Below are positions 25,119 to 37,331 of a stretch of DNA of 64,000 nt, piece after piece. The notes below the pieces were generated by a model. It was given only the letters and a program-made list of their open reading frames with translations, ran no database searches and had not been told where the DNA came from. Source of the stretch: Eutreptiella sp. 'Long Island Sound 2002' (Eukaryota; Protista; Euglenida); assembly GCA_964036045.1 (NCBI GenBank), contig OZ038378.1, positions 180,792,001-180,856,000 of the forward strand, in the 5' to 3' direction. Position 1 is the first letter of the stretch. Each line of letters begins with the position of its first letter. The translations under genes were made by a program, and so were the position numbers.

Positions 25119-25147
25119 TAACCCTAACCCTAACCCCAACGCTAACC
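25119..25147. repeat. Short interstitial telomere-like (TAACCC)n tract
   Basis: TAACCC x3 followed by CAACGC TAACC. Confidence 0.55.
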
Positions 25148-26247
25148 AAAAATAGCATAAGCACTTCAGGCTGGCGAAGCCCGTCGCTGAACTCGCTTGG
25201 CCCCTTTGCAGTTGCCACCGGCCCTCCGCACCGGTACGATGGAGCTCAGTGCCCTGGCGCCTGTTGGGTATTCTGGGAGGAACACTGCCCTTCTTGTTTC
25301 TTCTTCTCACTTGTGGTCAACACCCCCCTCCCCCAAACTGAATGCAAAACTGAGATGGGCCAAAACAAAGAACCGATGAATTTTGCCCCCCCTGTGTGAC
25401 ATATAGTCCATCTGTGGTTTCTTTACGGGGCCATGGAGAAACAGAAATGGTGGGGTCAAGACAGCGGCTTGGCGGAACTTCAGGAGAAGATCGACACTGC
25501 ATTATGCAGGAAGAATAAACGGGTGACCGTCCAGGGCGGCGGGTTGTGGTGGTCCAGACATTAAAGATCCATACGGCATTTAACCTTCGCTCAGCCCCCC
25601 GACCGTGGTGTGGCACCCGTGCTGCAGGTCCCCAGTGGCGGTCGCGGCGATCACCCCCGCCGGTTCGCCCAAGCGAACCCCCCCACCCCCCCTCCTCGGG
25701 GGGGCGCAGATATTGAATGCTAACCCTTCCCACACAGTCACAAAGCTGGAGAGCAACAAAATCAGAAGGAAACGCTCTTCAGTGACATTGCCATAGGCGC
25801 CTTTCGCTGTGAGGGATGAGGTGCCCTGAAATAAACACATCTGAGGGCTTGTTCAACAATCAGGACGTAAACTATCCTACACATCCTACACAATGTCAAA
25901 CACATCATTGAATTTTTCATTCTTCAATCCCCCCCCCCCCCCGCTCTCATGGGGCCCAAACCTTCCCTGAGGCGCCCCGGAATGTTGTGGTCGGCCCCAC
26001 TGCGTCGCCGGTAGAACCGCTGTTCCCCATGGGCCTGGGTCTGGGGATCTGCGAAGGGGACGGGGGAGGGGGTCTGGGTCCCGACTGAAACCCTCGCTGT
26101 ACCGGCCATCGCCTGCGGTGGGCGGGACACCAGCGATTGGTCGGTGGCCCCGGGGCGATGAGTGAGGGGACGTGGCGGTGCGCGCGCGCGCGGCAGGGGC
26201 AGCCCCGCGGCGGTCGCGCGAAAGAGAGGGGCGCGCACCTTGCTCAC

Positions 26248-26538
26248 TTCCCAGTTCACGGTGACGGCCCCGCACTCCGTCCAGGAGCTAACGACCATGT
26301 AGACGCTCATGGGGCGCGGGTACGGATTCATAACGATGTTGTGGGCGTAGTCGGGCTCGTCGTGGCACAGGATGAGGTTCTGCCCGGGGCACACGGTGCC
26401 GTGGCGCAGTTCGTACTGCAGGTCCAGCGTGTCGCTCCCCTCCACCCAAATGAGTAGCTGCTCGCGCGAGTGCACGTCGAAGTGCAGCACCGCCTCCGGC
26501 AGGTTGTCCTCGCCGCACGTGAGCGTGGGTAGTACGTC
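26248..26538 (-). CDS. Giant modular protein, exon F
   Basis: GACTGCAG|GAC; donor GAA|GTGAGC (alternative AAG|GTGCGC ending at 26239); phase 0-0. Encodes DVLPTLTCGEDNLPEAVLHFDV...CGAVTVNWE. Confidence 0.82.
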
Positions 26539-26853
26539 CTGCAGTCCACGGGCGACGGCAGAGGCAGAGGCAGAGGCAGGGCTGGAGGGCAGGGAGGCAA
26601 AAATGCTCACCCCCCCCCCCCCACCAATGCACTTGAGGGGGCGCGAGGCTGGAGGGGTGTTTCACAAGTGGCGTGTGCGTGATTTGGCGTTGCTTGTGCC
26701 AGCGGCAGGGGCAATCTGTGCGTGTGCGCGCGCCTGCCTTCGCCTGCCTTCGCCTCTCCCCCGTTTCCCGACATCGGCCGTGCTCGAGGAAGAGTGTCTG
26801 GGCCCGTCACTCGCCGCAGGAACGAGATGACTCGTGTGGGATGGCGGGGTGAG

Positions 26854-27619
26854 CCCTCCCCCCCCCCAAACCCCCTGCTCGACCCCTGCCCGGCTCGACA
26901 GCCAGAAATCATGAACGGTGATGATCGACGAAATAGTGCCAAACAATTTCTTTTGCGAAACACATGACATCCGCTGACTGCTCGTTCCATGAACAGGCCC
27001 CGACGCAATCGAGCTCTACTCAAAGCCCTGCCCCCGGCACCCGCTCACCTCCGTGCCTCACCACACAGAGCAGTGGAAAGGCGGAGCAAGCGCGGCAGTG
27101 GGCGTGGTCCTCAGCACTGGGCCACCACTGCAGGGCGTCAAAGGGGGGCCGGGGGGGGGGGGGGGGCACGGAGAGCAACCCCACCCCACCCCACCCGAAC
27201 CCCCGCACAACACTGCTGCCTGCTTCATATACTCCACCCGGAGGCCGTAGAGTGCCACGGTGCTCCTTGTGGCATCCGGTCTTATCCCCCGACGAAGTCT
27301 GTTGCATTTGGCTGCTGGCACTCATTGCTCGCGGGCCTCCAGCACCGTGCGCCCCATCCGCGGATGCGTCCGATGCCTTTCCGGCTGCGCCTCCGCGTTT
27401 CTGGGTCGCAACGGATCTTCGGCGGCGGGAGGCATTTGGAAGGGCTTTGAGTAGAGCTCGATTGCGTCGGGGCCTGTTCATGGAACGAGCAGTCAGCGGA
27501 TGTCATGTGTTTCGCAAAAGAAATTGTTTGGCACTATTTTGTCGATCATCACCGTTCATGATTTCTGGCTGTCGAGCCGGGCAGGGGTCGAGCAGGGGGT
27601 TTGGGGGGGGGGGGGAGGG
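26854..27619. repeat. Long inverted repeat: ~176/179-bp arms, 411-bp spacer
   Basis: 26854-27029 is the reverse complement of 27441-27619, with one substitution and a C10 versus G13 run-length difference. Confidence 0.92.
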
Positions 27620-28238
27620 GGGGGAGTGGGGGGCAGTGGCAGTGTACCCCAGTAGTTGTCGCTTCACTGGACCGTCCGGTCTTGATGGCCTCATGAATCC
27701 GAAGAGGCACCCACAGCCCGTGAGGCGCCGTGGGGGTGCGAGTGCCCGAATTTGCATGTGATACCCTCGGACACGTTGCCACATCGCATCATCTCGTCGC
27801 GAGTCGGCCTTGAGCCCATGGATGGCCGTGGGGCGGGTTGAGGGCGTGCGGCCTTTCCTTTCCCTGCGGCCTCTGCCACGTGCTGCCGGTGCGCATTCCC
27901 GTGCGTCTTGCAGCGGCGGGGCTGTGGTGTTCAGCGACCTGCTGTGGCCTGGGCATGGCTTTGCGGGGCAGGGGGAGTGTCAGTCCCCCAGAGCCGAGTG
28001 CTGAGGAGGCGAGGTGTTGCTCGGGCGCTCTCCGGACGCGAGCGCAAAGTGACTCCGTATTCCCCTCAGCGTCCCGTCCGGGTCGCAGGGCAGGCGCACT
28101 TCTCGGTGCAGCCGAACGACTCGACATCCCCATCCCCATCCCCCTGCCCCCCTTCGGGGGTGCACTTTTCCAGTGGCCCTGTTATGGGCTGCATGACGCA
28201 CTCGCAGGGGACAGGGAGACAAGCGGCGGGGGGAACAC

Positions 28239-28487
28239 CTGTACGCAGGTGTTGAAGGTGTACCGGTGCGGCAGGCGCCTGAGATGGTGCACGTTTGGAC
28301 AAGGCTCCACGCTGACGTGGGACAGCAAATCCGTGAAGGAAGGCAGTGGCCCCGACATGAGGGAGGTCTCCGCCTGCCCGAAGGGGTACTGGTCCTGGGC
28401 CGCAGAGATTTGCAGGGCAGATACCGCCATCAGCGGCCCTCCCGTAGCCCCTGTTTCGGCCCGCAACCGGACCCATCGTGTAGGCTC
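28239..28487 (-). CDS. Giant modular protein, exon E (end of MAM-like domain)
   Basis: CTCACAG|GAG to TACAG|GTGTTC; 249 nt, phase 0-0. Encodes EPTRWVRLRAETGATGGPLMAVSALQI, continuing the MAM-like strands of exon D. Confidence 0.8.
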
Positions 28488-30751
28488 CTGTGAGGGGGCA
28501 GGGGAGAATGTGCGGTGTGCGCAGTTGGTGTGGTTTGCGGAGGATGTGCGGTGTGCACTGCTGAATGGGCAGTGCCATTAGGGGGGGGGGGGGGGATTAG
28601 GAATGTGCGAAAAATGGAACGGCGAAATTCAGTGCGGAGAAAATTTGGCACCAATTTCTAAATACCACTGCAAAATTTGGTTCAAACTCCCAGATTGTGG
28701 CACAAGAACAAGCATAGACTGTGAGTGTTGGTTGTTATTTTTCTTATGGGCCTTTGGTTGGTTGCTGTTAATTCTTACAGCTTCTAGATGGTTGCTTCCA
28801 TGGTTGCTCTCATTTCCCGGAGGCGGTTGGGCACAATGGAAATATGCATGCCAAGAGAGCGAAAAAATGACACCTAGAAAACTGGCTTCAGACCTTCAAA
28901 TGCCATCACGTAATTTGGCATACTGTTGATGTGCCAAATTTTGGTATTCCAAATTTCGCCTGTTCCTAATTTCCCGCTCCCCCGGTAGTATGGACCCGGG
29001 CAGGAACATGCACACGGGCATGGGTGTGGGTGTGGACAGCGTGATGGGCATGCGAAGGGGCCTGGGCATGCGGTCGATGGGCCATGCGCACGGAGCCTAT
29101 GGTCCTGCGTATTGGGACACCCCTTGCACTCAGCCGCAGACAACCGACTGCACATGTCCCGGTTGTGGCCATTCCGCGCCAGCTGGGGGGAGGGGGGGTT
29201 CAGGGGCCAGGCACCACCCGGCTGTCGCAGCCCCGTGTGAGCCGTTGCGGATGGGGTGCAGTCGGAGGCAGGGCACCCAGCGGCCCTGCTGCGCGAGCCG
29301 CGAGGGGGGGGGGGGGGGGGGGGCACGGCGAGAGGCCGTCCGTCGAGTGGCGCCTCGCACCACTCGGTGCTAGTGGCCGGAGAAGGGATCCGTCACCACC
29401 TGTTCCCTGCCCGCACCTCGCCAAACCGCATCGCCACCAGGCGCGCCCGACCCACTCGCCCCCGTAGGCGGGGGGTGGGGGGGGGCTGGGCGGCGCAAGG
29501 TAGGTGCCTTCCCCCCGATGCAGGGGCGCTGTAGCTGAGGGTTCGGGTCCTGTCCTCGGCCGTGGCGTCTCGGGCGTTTGGGGAGGGGGGGCGAGTTGGC
29601 CGGGCTAGCCTGGACCCCTGCCAGTCTTGGGCCCCTTACAGAGCTGACAACCCGCCCACGTGGCAGTCCGGCCGACGGCGGACCGGCGACTCACTCCGCT
29701 AGGGTGGCTCGCCGGTCTCGTTGTCGCCTTTGCGGTGGTGCACCCCTCGGTGCGGGGAGCACGCCTCCTCCGCCGCCGTCTAGTGCGCCATCTCCAGCTG
29801 TCGGCCTGAGAAGGGGGCGCAGGGATGAGGGGGGGGACAGGGTGGGTCCTGGGTATACCATGCCGCCACCGGAGGTGGGCCGGCATATCTTTCTTCAGGC
29901 CCGCAGATGCGGGAGGGCACAGATGGGTTGGGTGGGTGGGTGGGTGGGTGGGTGGGGGGGCTGTGTGTGTGGAGGGGGGGGGGGGGTTCGCAGCACCCTA
30001 CCGGGGGAAGGGGCAACAACCTGCCCCGTGTTTTCTGGCCCCTAACAGGGGGTCCAGCCCACGGCCAGCACCCTCGCTTTGTGGTGGCTGAAATTTGGGC
30101 CGACCAGGGGGGGGGGGGGGGTATTGGTGGTTTGGCGGCGGGGGGTTCCCAAGGTGGGGGGGCCTGCGCGTGACCCACTACTACCACATGCATACCTCCA
30201 AGGGGGGATGTGTGTCTGGGAGTTTGGGGGTATGGAGGTATGTATGTGATAATAGAGCTTTCTTTCCCTTTGCCGGGATATATCTTGCTAATCTGGCGCT
30301 CAAAGCATGGATGGTTTGATGAAAGGGAAGCATGCACCAAAAAAATTGAGCGCCGTTGGTTCCATGCCCCCCAACCCACTATCTCTCAAAACCCAGGGGG
30401 GCCGGGGGGGGGGGGGTCGCATACAAGGACCGGGCCCGGCCGGCCCCCGGGGGGGGGGGTGATCTGGCAGACACGCCCAACCAGGCCAAACCACACAACC
30501 ACCCAAAACCAAAAAAAGTTTCTCGGGAAAATGAAATTTCGAAGAGTAAGCCAAAAACGACAGGTCCATTTTAAGTTTGCAAACTTTCTTTTGCCCTCTT
30601 ATCCAGCCCCCGCCCCCCCCCCCCTTTCCGTAGGCCGAACACCAAGCACAACCTGGGCATGTGCCCTCATCGGCATGTGCAAGCGCCACAGAAACCACCA
30701 CTGGACCTCCCTTGCCCCCTTCCTCTGATCCCGGGCGGGACATGGGCATAC

Positions 30752-31528
30752 CTGCCAGAACACCCGGGCCCGCTGCCATGCAGCTTTTAATGTTTGGTGA
30801 TGGGCAGAGTCCACGCGCCACACCGTCCGCCACAGCGCGGGCGCCGCGTCGCCTGCGCAGCCGGAGGCGTCGCAGACCTCCACGGCAAGCGACCCCGCAT
30901 CCGGCGCCGACACGAAGTACTGGAAGCGGACCCCCCAATACCCCCTCCGCCCGTCACCCAATGTCAGAAACGCCCGCTTGTGGGGGAAGCCAAACGCACT
31001 GGCCACGTACGCGTAGGCGGTCGAGGGGCCGGGGGGCGGCGGCGCCGGGCCCGGCGCTCCGTCGGGGGGCGTCCGCCACAAGAAATCGCCGCCCGCGGTC
31101 TGCGCTGTGCCGCCGCAGAACACCGTCGCGGGCGGTTGGGCCTGCGTCTCAGCGGTCGCGAAGTCGCAGGCCTCGGGCGGGGCCGCCGCGACCTCCGCGC
31201 CCACGAGCTTCACGAGGGGTCGGTCCGTGCCGGACGCGGCGCTGTACATGTGGAGGGAGTAGGGCCCGGTGGCGGTAGCGACGACGGGGACCGGGGCGGA
31301 GAAGGCGTAGGTGTGGGCGTCGGCGGTGCCGTTCAGGCACAGCGCCGCGGCGGGGCCCTCGAGGGGGGACGTGCCGGGGGCGTTGTAGCGCAGAGTGACG
31401 TTGGCGCAGCCACGGTCCGCGCGGGTAAGGGCGTACCACAGGCGGACGGTGTAGTGGCCCTCCGCGCAGTACCCGGAAGGCCACGACACGATGGTCGTGT
31501 CGCTGAGGACCACATGGTCCCCGGTGAT
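30752..31528 (-). CDS. Giant modular protein, exon D (includes MAM-like domain)
   Basis: TTGCTGCAG|ATC to GGCAG|GTATGC; 777 nt, phase 0-0; strongly GC3-biased. GVRFQYFVSAPDAGSLAVEV...LWRTVW...WQRARV resembles the MAM pattern F.YHM.G...G.L.V...W...W..A.V. Confidence 0.85.
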
Positions 31529-31879
31529 CTGCAGCAACAACGACAACAACAGCGGCGGCAATGGCCGTAGGTGGACCGGAACAAAAACACTGCAAACAAG
31601 ACGCGGCGGGGCGTCAAGGCGTCGGGGCCCGATGCGCTGGGAGCGTACGTCGCGTCGGGAGGTGTCGTACAAGGTGTCGGGATGCGTCGTGCGACCCCCG
31701 ACGCGTCGTACGTCACACAATATGCGAGCGTATCGATGTACTAGTGCATGGTATATGAATATAAAGAATGACTTTAAAATGTACACAAGGGTAATACAGT
31801 ACACAGTACATATGTATGCGGCAAATGCAGAATTGCGCTAAAATTGCGCTAACCCTCAAACTTGCGCCAATGCCCCCCG

Positions 31880-32100
31880 ATGCGCCCTCTCCGCGCACTG
31901 CGCTCGCTCGAGAGACATGCCCCTCTGCGCCTTCATTGCTCGCTTTGCTCACTCGAGACCTTCCCTCATGTGCCTTCCTCGCTCGCTCGAGGCCTCACCC
32001 TATGCACCCTCCTCCCTGGCTTCTCTCGCTCAAGAGATCTGCCCCTGTGCGCGTTCCTCCCTCGCTTCGCTCGCTCGAGAGACATGCCCATGTGCACAAG
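31880..32100. repeat. Degenerate ~45-bp tandem repeat
   Basis: Recurring CTCGCTCGAG(AGACATGCCC) motif, about 5 times. Confidence 0.65.
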
Positions 32101-32893
32101 TAAATGATGTTAGCGAACCTTTTTTTGGGGAGGGGGAAGGGGGGGCGAGCCCCCCGTCCCAAATATTGGCACTTCATGTCTACAACATGCCCATAGTGTC
32201 TACACTTAGCAGATTGCGTCTACTTATGGCAGACAGTGTCCCCCCCCCCCCCCCCCCCCGAGTCGGCAAACCTGGTGGCCAATGAGTCGGCAAGCGAGTT
32301 GGCGGCGCGTATCACCCGACTTGGAGGGCGGGATCAAAATTTCGGAGGTTGGCACCAAATAAGGCCTATGATGCGGTGTGAGCTGTGTAGTTATCATTCC
32401 ATTTTGCATGGCACTCCTCAATCAGCGCTGCACCCAAAGTTTTGGTTTTTGGCAACTTCGCCGAATTTCGCCGACTCGTTGGGCCCCTCGCCGATTCGGG
32501 GGGGGGGGGGGGGGTCCTCAGTGTCTACATACCACAGACAGCCAGCCTCACGTGCGTGGGTAAACGGCGCTATTGAACTGTTTTTGGGCCCGACGCGTCG
32601 TACGGCACCTCCCGACGTGTCGCGGTCGCACGACGCGTCGGGGCCCTCTGGGGAGGGGCTGGTTCCTTGGGTTGCCTGAACCGGGCTTCCCGTGGACACG
32701 AACAACCTTGACCAACAAACGCAGGGCCCACAACAGACATTGCATGGAACACCACCCGCACAATATGGCACCCGACTGGCCTTTGTGGAACGACCCCCCC
32801 CCCCCCCCCAGCCCCTGCAATCAGAAGTCCAACTCCCTCAACACCAACACAAAGTGTTGCTTGCAGCCAAGGACGCCAAGGGGGAGGGGGTAC

Positions 32894-33235
32894 CTGGCCG
32901 TTGGTGACGCTGGGTTTGGTCGCGTTGACAGGGAAGAACCCCACGCAATTGCTCTGGCACATGAACACTGGCGTCCCCGGGTCTTGGGCGTCTTGGGCGG
33001 TGGCAGCGACGTGCTCCAGCCGCCAAATATACCTCCCGCCCTCCCGAAGGCCTGGGCGCTGCTTGTGCACCGTGCTGTCCTCCAGCACCACAGCCCTGTT
33101 CATCGTGATGCTGGTCTCCTGCTGCGGAGCGCCAAAATTGAACAGGACGCTGCCTTCGGAGATCCCGCTGGGCAGCCGTGTCATGTCGAGGGTGCCGTAG
33201 CCCAGCGACCGCAGCTGAGGCTCAGTGTCATGTAT
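32894..33235 (-). CDS. Giant modular protein, exon C
   Basis: CCCTCAG|ATA to GCCAG|GTACCC; 342 nt, phase 0-0. Encodes IHDTEPQLRSLGYGTLDM...FMCQSNCVGFFPVNATKPSVTNGQ. Confidence 0.82.
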
Positions 33236-36131
33236 CTGAGGGGCAAACAAGGATCCTCTCATCGTTGCCACCATTGGACGTCCCCTAATCCGTGCCCCGC
33301 AACCCCATCCGAGGTTTGCGACTCTTTGAGGCAGTGGCGGCTGGCTGCTGTCACTGCTGGGGCACCGGGAATCTCATGCAGCGGCAGTGACAGGAAGGGG
33401 AAGGCCGTGCAGACCGCGAATAAGAAGTGTACCCCAACAAACTACGATCAACACACTCAAAGGGTGTGCAGTCGGCTGGTTGGATACATGTATGCGCGTA
33501 CCGAACGGAAAGCTGGTGAAGGAGGGAGTTGCACCGATGGTCAAACAGGATGGTGCCCTGGGTGATAGAAACCATTGCAACTACTTGAGACACTCCAACA
33601 CATCCCAACCAGGACATGTGCGGTGGCTTGAGGCAGTGTTGAGATGGCGACGATACAAATTGAGATAGGTTGAGACAGGTTGACACAGGGTTAACACAGG
33701 GTTGAGCCAATTTTGTCTCAACTAGTTGCAGCTAGATTCATCATCAAGGGTGGCAGCCGCGGCATGGGAAAAAGCAGCAACAGGCAGCTTGCTGAGTTGA
33801 CTGTGTGACGGTTGCACAGGGGGCATTCCACGACAAAAGGCACCAAAGAGTATCTTGTGCATCAGACCTTTCAGGACCCCGGACGCGCACTTTCTGCCTT
33901 GGAGTTCACCTGGCATGACTGTCAAAATATTGAGGGATTGTGGGTACCGTACGCAACAGCGGCATTATCCGTGTGATGTCCCTGGCTTTGGCCTGGGTTC
34001 CCGGCAGCGCAACAGGTGCAGCTACACACGAACCATCTTCACCTCCTGCAGACCGCAAAAGTACGGCACCAAGGATCAGAACTTCCCGACCCGGCCGGCG
34101 ATAAGCTTCCTGACAATATTCCATAGGAGAAATGGGGGCAAATGGGGGAAAACTTGGAAAACTTGGGGGGAATAGGGAAACCACATTTTGGTACCATTTC
34201 ACAGGTGGTTTCTCACTTGGCCGCATAATGAGACCACATCTGAAAGAATCTCTAACGATGTTCCAAACGTTAGACAATCCAAAAGAAATAAACAAGGCTC
34301 TTTCAGTAAATGTATGAAAATGCTGCTTGAATACACCAAATATCGGATTGAATCTGGTATTCTTAATTCAAAATACCAAGAAAGGGTGCTTGTGTGCAAA
34401 AATAGTGCTCCAAAGCGGCTTTGCCTATTCCAAAGCACTTTTGCCCAGTACTGCCAACACGGCATTATGGTCCGCGAAAACCAAAATGTGGCCAAAAAAG
34501 CTTTTTTGGCAGACTGCAAACTTCCGTCCCCACATTATACCCATGCAAATCAACACTTGCATAGTGAAACTACTGGAAGACCGTAGCCTCCTGATACGCT
34601 CTACACAAATTTGCCATTAAGGTCGGAGGCTTAAAACACAGCCTTGACCTATCTTGGCCTGTGCGACTCTATCCCTCAAGGCTCCTATGGCTCTCACTAC
34701 TGCCAATTGAGGCAACAGACCCATGTTTCTGGCACTGCCCATAGGGGCCCATCAATTGTTATTTTCAGCAGTACCTGCCCACATGGAAATATGTGGATCC
34801 TAGCCGCGACCCTAAAAAAGCGGCTACATGCTGAATCTTGAGTCTCATTAGCAGGCAGGGGAGAGATTTTACACGCCCGATTAGAGCTTCAGCTTGGTGT
34901 GCTATTCTGAAGTCACCGCACGAAGGTGTGTATTGACGACAGCAGGCACTGCATGGCTCCATCGTTGGGGTGCGTGGTGCGGCGCAGTGCTCATTTCAGT
35001 GCAAGAAGTGGTTCCTTCCCTCCGAGAGCGCCTACTCTGGGATCCCTTGCTTGGTGGGCGCCTGTTTTGGGCTGGGGTGTGTGGTGGGCTCCCGTGAGGC
35101 ATGTGAAATCTGCAGTATGCTGAGTGACTTGCAAGGCACTTAGTTTGGGCTCTAGTATGGCATGGGCGCCTACTCTGGGCCCCAGCACAGCACCTGGGTG
35201 CCTACTTCTGGCTCCTCCCCAAAAAGGGCCATTCACATGCCAGAGTCACGGACCTAGTTGGCTGCGTGGCCTGTGGCCCCAGGATGGCCCTCCTACAAAA
35301 AGCGAAGCTCAAATCCCAATCCCAATCCCAATTGCACTCACGGTGAGTAGCTAGTGGGTGCTCACATTGCCTGTCACAACACCCAAGTTGGGATGTTGGG
35401 GGCCGGTAGGGACCCAATGAATGTCAGTCACAGATAATGACAAGCACAGGCCTTGGACTTGCAGACCTCACAGGTGGCCAGCCCTCTTGGGGCCATAAGG
35501 AGACTGATGGGGCTTGCTAGAGGGCATCACACTCACCGCAGCTCCACGGGTTGGCAGCAAGGCAGGCGTCCCCTAGTCAATGACCCACTAGGCAAACCGT
35601 TTCACTCCTCCCGGGGGGGGGGGGAGTGGCAGCCCCGTTGGCCTTCCAAGTCTGAAGAGGCAACCGCAGTGCAGCACAGCGCGCGGCAGTGCACGCCCGG
35701 GACTCGGCAAACAGGCTCCACCCCCCCCCCCCCCTATGTGACATTCACGCGGAAGTTACCCAAGGGTTGTGTGACCGGGGCACTTGGGAGCATACTAAAA
35801 CAGCCACTTGGCTCAGTGGCTTGGCGCGGTGGCTGCGCGGCTTCTGTGCTCTGGGCGGCCCCGCTGTGCCGTGTGACAGCCCGGGGTGGGGAAAACAAGG
35901 GGGTGGGGGCCAAAATAACTTCCGGTGAGTCCGGGGGCCCATCCCCCCTACCTCATGGCCATAAAATGACATGGCCTGTTTTAAGTCCCTAGAGCTGGGT
36001 GTCCAGCTTGATTGAGCCTTTTTGCTGGTCGTGCGATCAGCCTGAGCCCAAGCACACTGCATTTGTGACGCCGGTTGGCTATGGACAGCTCTGCGGCCCT
36101 AGGCCCCGCCGTGCAGCGGGTGCAGTGGGAG

Positions 36132-36475
36132 GCAGCACCCCCCCATAGTCCCGGGATTGGTAACGGGACCGGGGTTGACCGCGTCAAGCTGCAGTGCAGC
36201 AGCTGGAGCTCCAGGACTGCTGCCGTGCGGCAGCGAAGGAGAGCTGCAATACTTGCAGCACCTGCGAAGGAGTGCCACGGTGCTTGCAGAACCGGTGCAG
36301 CACCCCCATAGTCCCTGGATTAGTAATGGGACGGGGGCTGGCTGCGTCAAGCACAGGCGCCACTGCTGCGGCCTGGGCTCCTGCCATGTGGCACGTGAGG
36401 TGCGGGTCGCAGCTCCTCCCCATAGTCCCTGGATTGGTAACGGGACGGGGGCTGGCTACGTCGAGCTGCAGTGTA
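36132..36475. repeat. Three ~55-nt hairpin-bearing repeats with unequal spacing
   Basis: CCCCATAGTCCC(G/T)GGATT(G/A)GTAA(C/T)GGGAC.GGGG.TG.C..CGTC.AGC in copies starting at about 36132, 36297 and 36409. Confidence 0.8.
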
Positions 36476-36560
36476 ACGGCTGCGGCTACAAGACCGCAGC
36501 CGTGCGGCGTGCCGTGTGGCAGCTGAGGTGGGGGTTGACGTGCGTCCACCCTCCGCGCCG

Positions 36561-37135
36561 CTTTTGGCAGACCTGAAGGCACTAGGTGTGTGCCCATGCA
36601 AAATTTATTACTTTTGGCAGAGCTGGAGGCATTGTGCATGTGCCCATGCAGAATTTATTGCTTTTGGCAGAGCTGAAGGCATTGGGTGTGTGGGTGTGTG
36701 CCCATGCAGCATTTATTACTTTTGGCACAACCGAAGGCATTGGGTGTGTGCCCATGCAGAGTTTATTACTTTTGGCAGAATCGAAGGCATTGGGTGTGTG
36801 CCCATGCGGAATGTATTGCTTTTGGCAGCACTGAAGGCATTGGGCGTGTGCCCATGCACAATTTATTACTTTTGGCAAAACTGAAGGCATTGGGTGTGTG
36901 CCCATGCAACAGAACTGACGGCATTGGGCGTGTCCCCATGCGGAATGTATTACTTTTGGCAAAACTGAAGGCATTGGGCATGTGCCCATGCAAAATTTAA
37001 AACTTTTGGCAGAACTGAAGGCATTGGGCGTGTGCCCATGCGGAATATGTTACTTTTGGCAGAATTGAAGGCATTGGGTGTGTGCCCATGCGGAATGTAT
37101 TTCTTTTGGCAAAACTGAAGGCATTGGGTGTGTGC
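36561..37135. repeat. 50-bp minisatellite, 12 units
   Basis: Consensus CTTTTGGCAGAACTGAAGGCATTGGGTGTGTGCCCATGCAAAATTTATTA. Unit starts at 36561, 36611, 36661, 36719, 36769, 36819, 36869, (truncated unit), 36953, 37003, 37053 and 37103. Confidence 0.95.
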
Positions 37136-37331
37136 TTGAGCACAACACAAGAACTGCCGCATCATTGGAGCCGTGGGGCCCGTGCGGAACTGCCCGGGCC
37201 GTGCGGCCTTGGACAGAGAGCGAACAAGGGGGGGGGAGGGGGTGCGTGCTCTGCGTGACAGGGCATTGCACTTGCTACGGTATTGTGCTGCTTTGGCCTG
37301 GCCGGGACCGCAGGGGAGGCCGGGTTTTCGT

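Noticed and set aside
33790-33975. Chromodomain-like fragment (KEYLVHQ...FTWHDCQNI)
   Set aside because: The resemblance is only partial, it is flanked by stops, and no splice or retroelement context supports it.
36561-37135. CRISPR array
   Set aside because: The putative spacers are only about 12 nt and homologous to each other, there are no cas genes, and the context is a eukaryotic intron.
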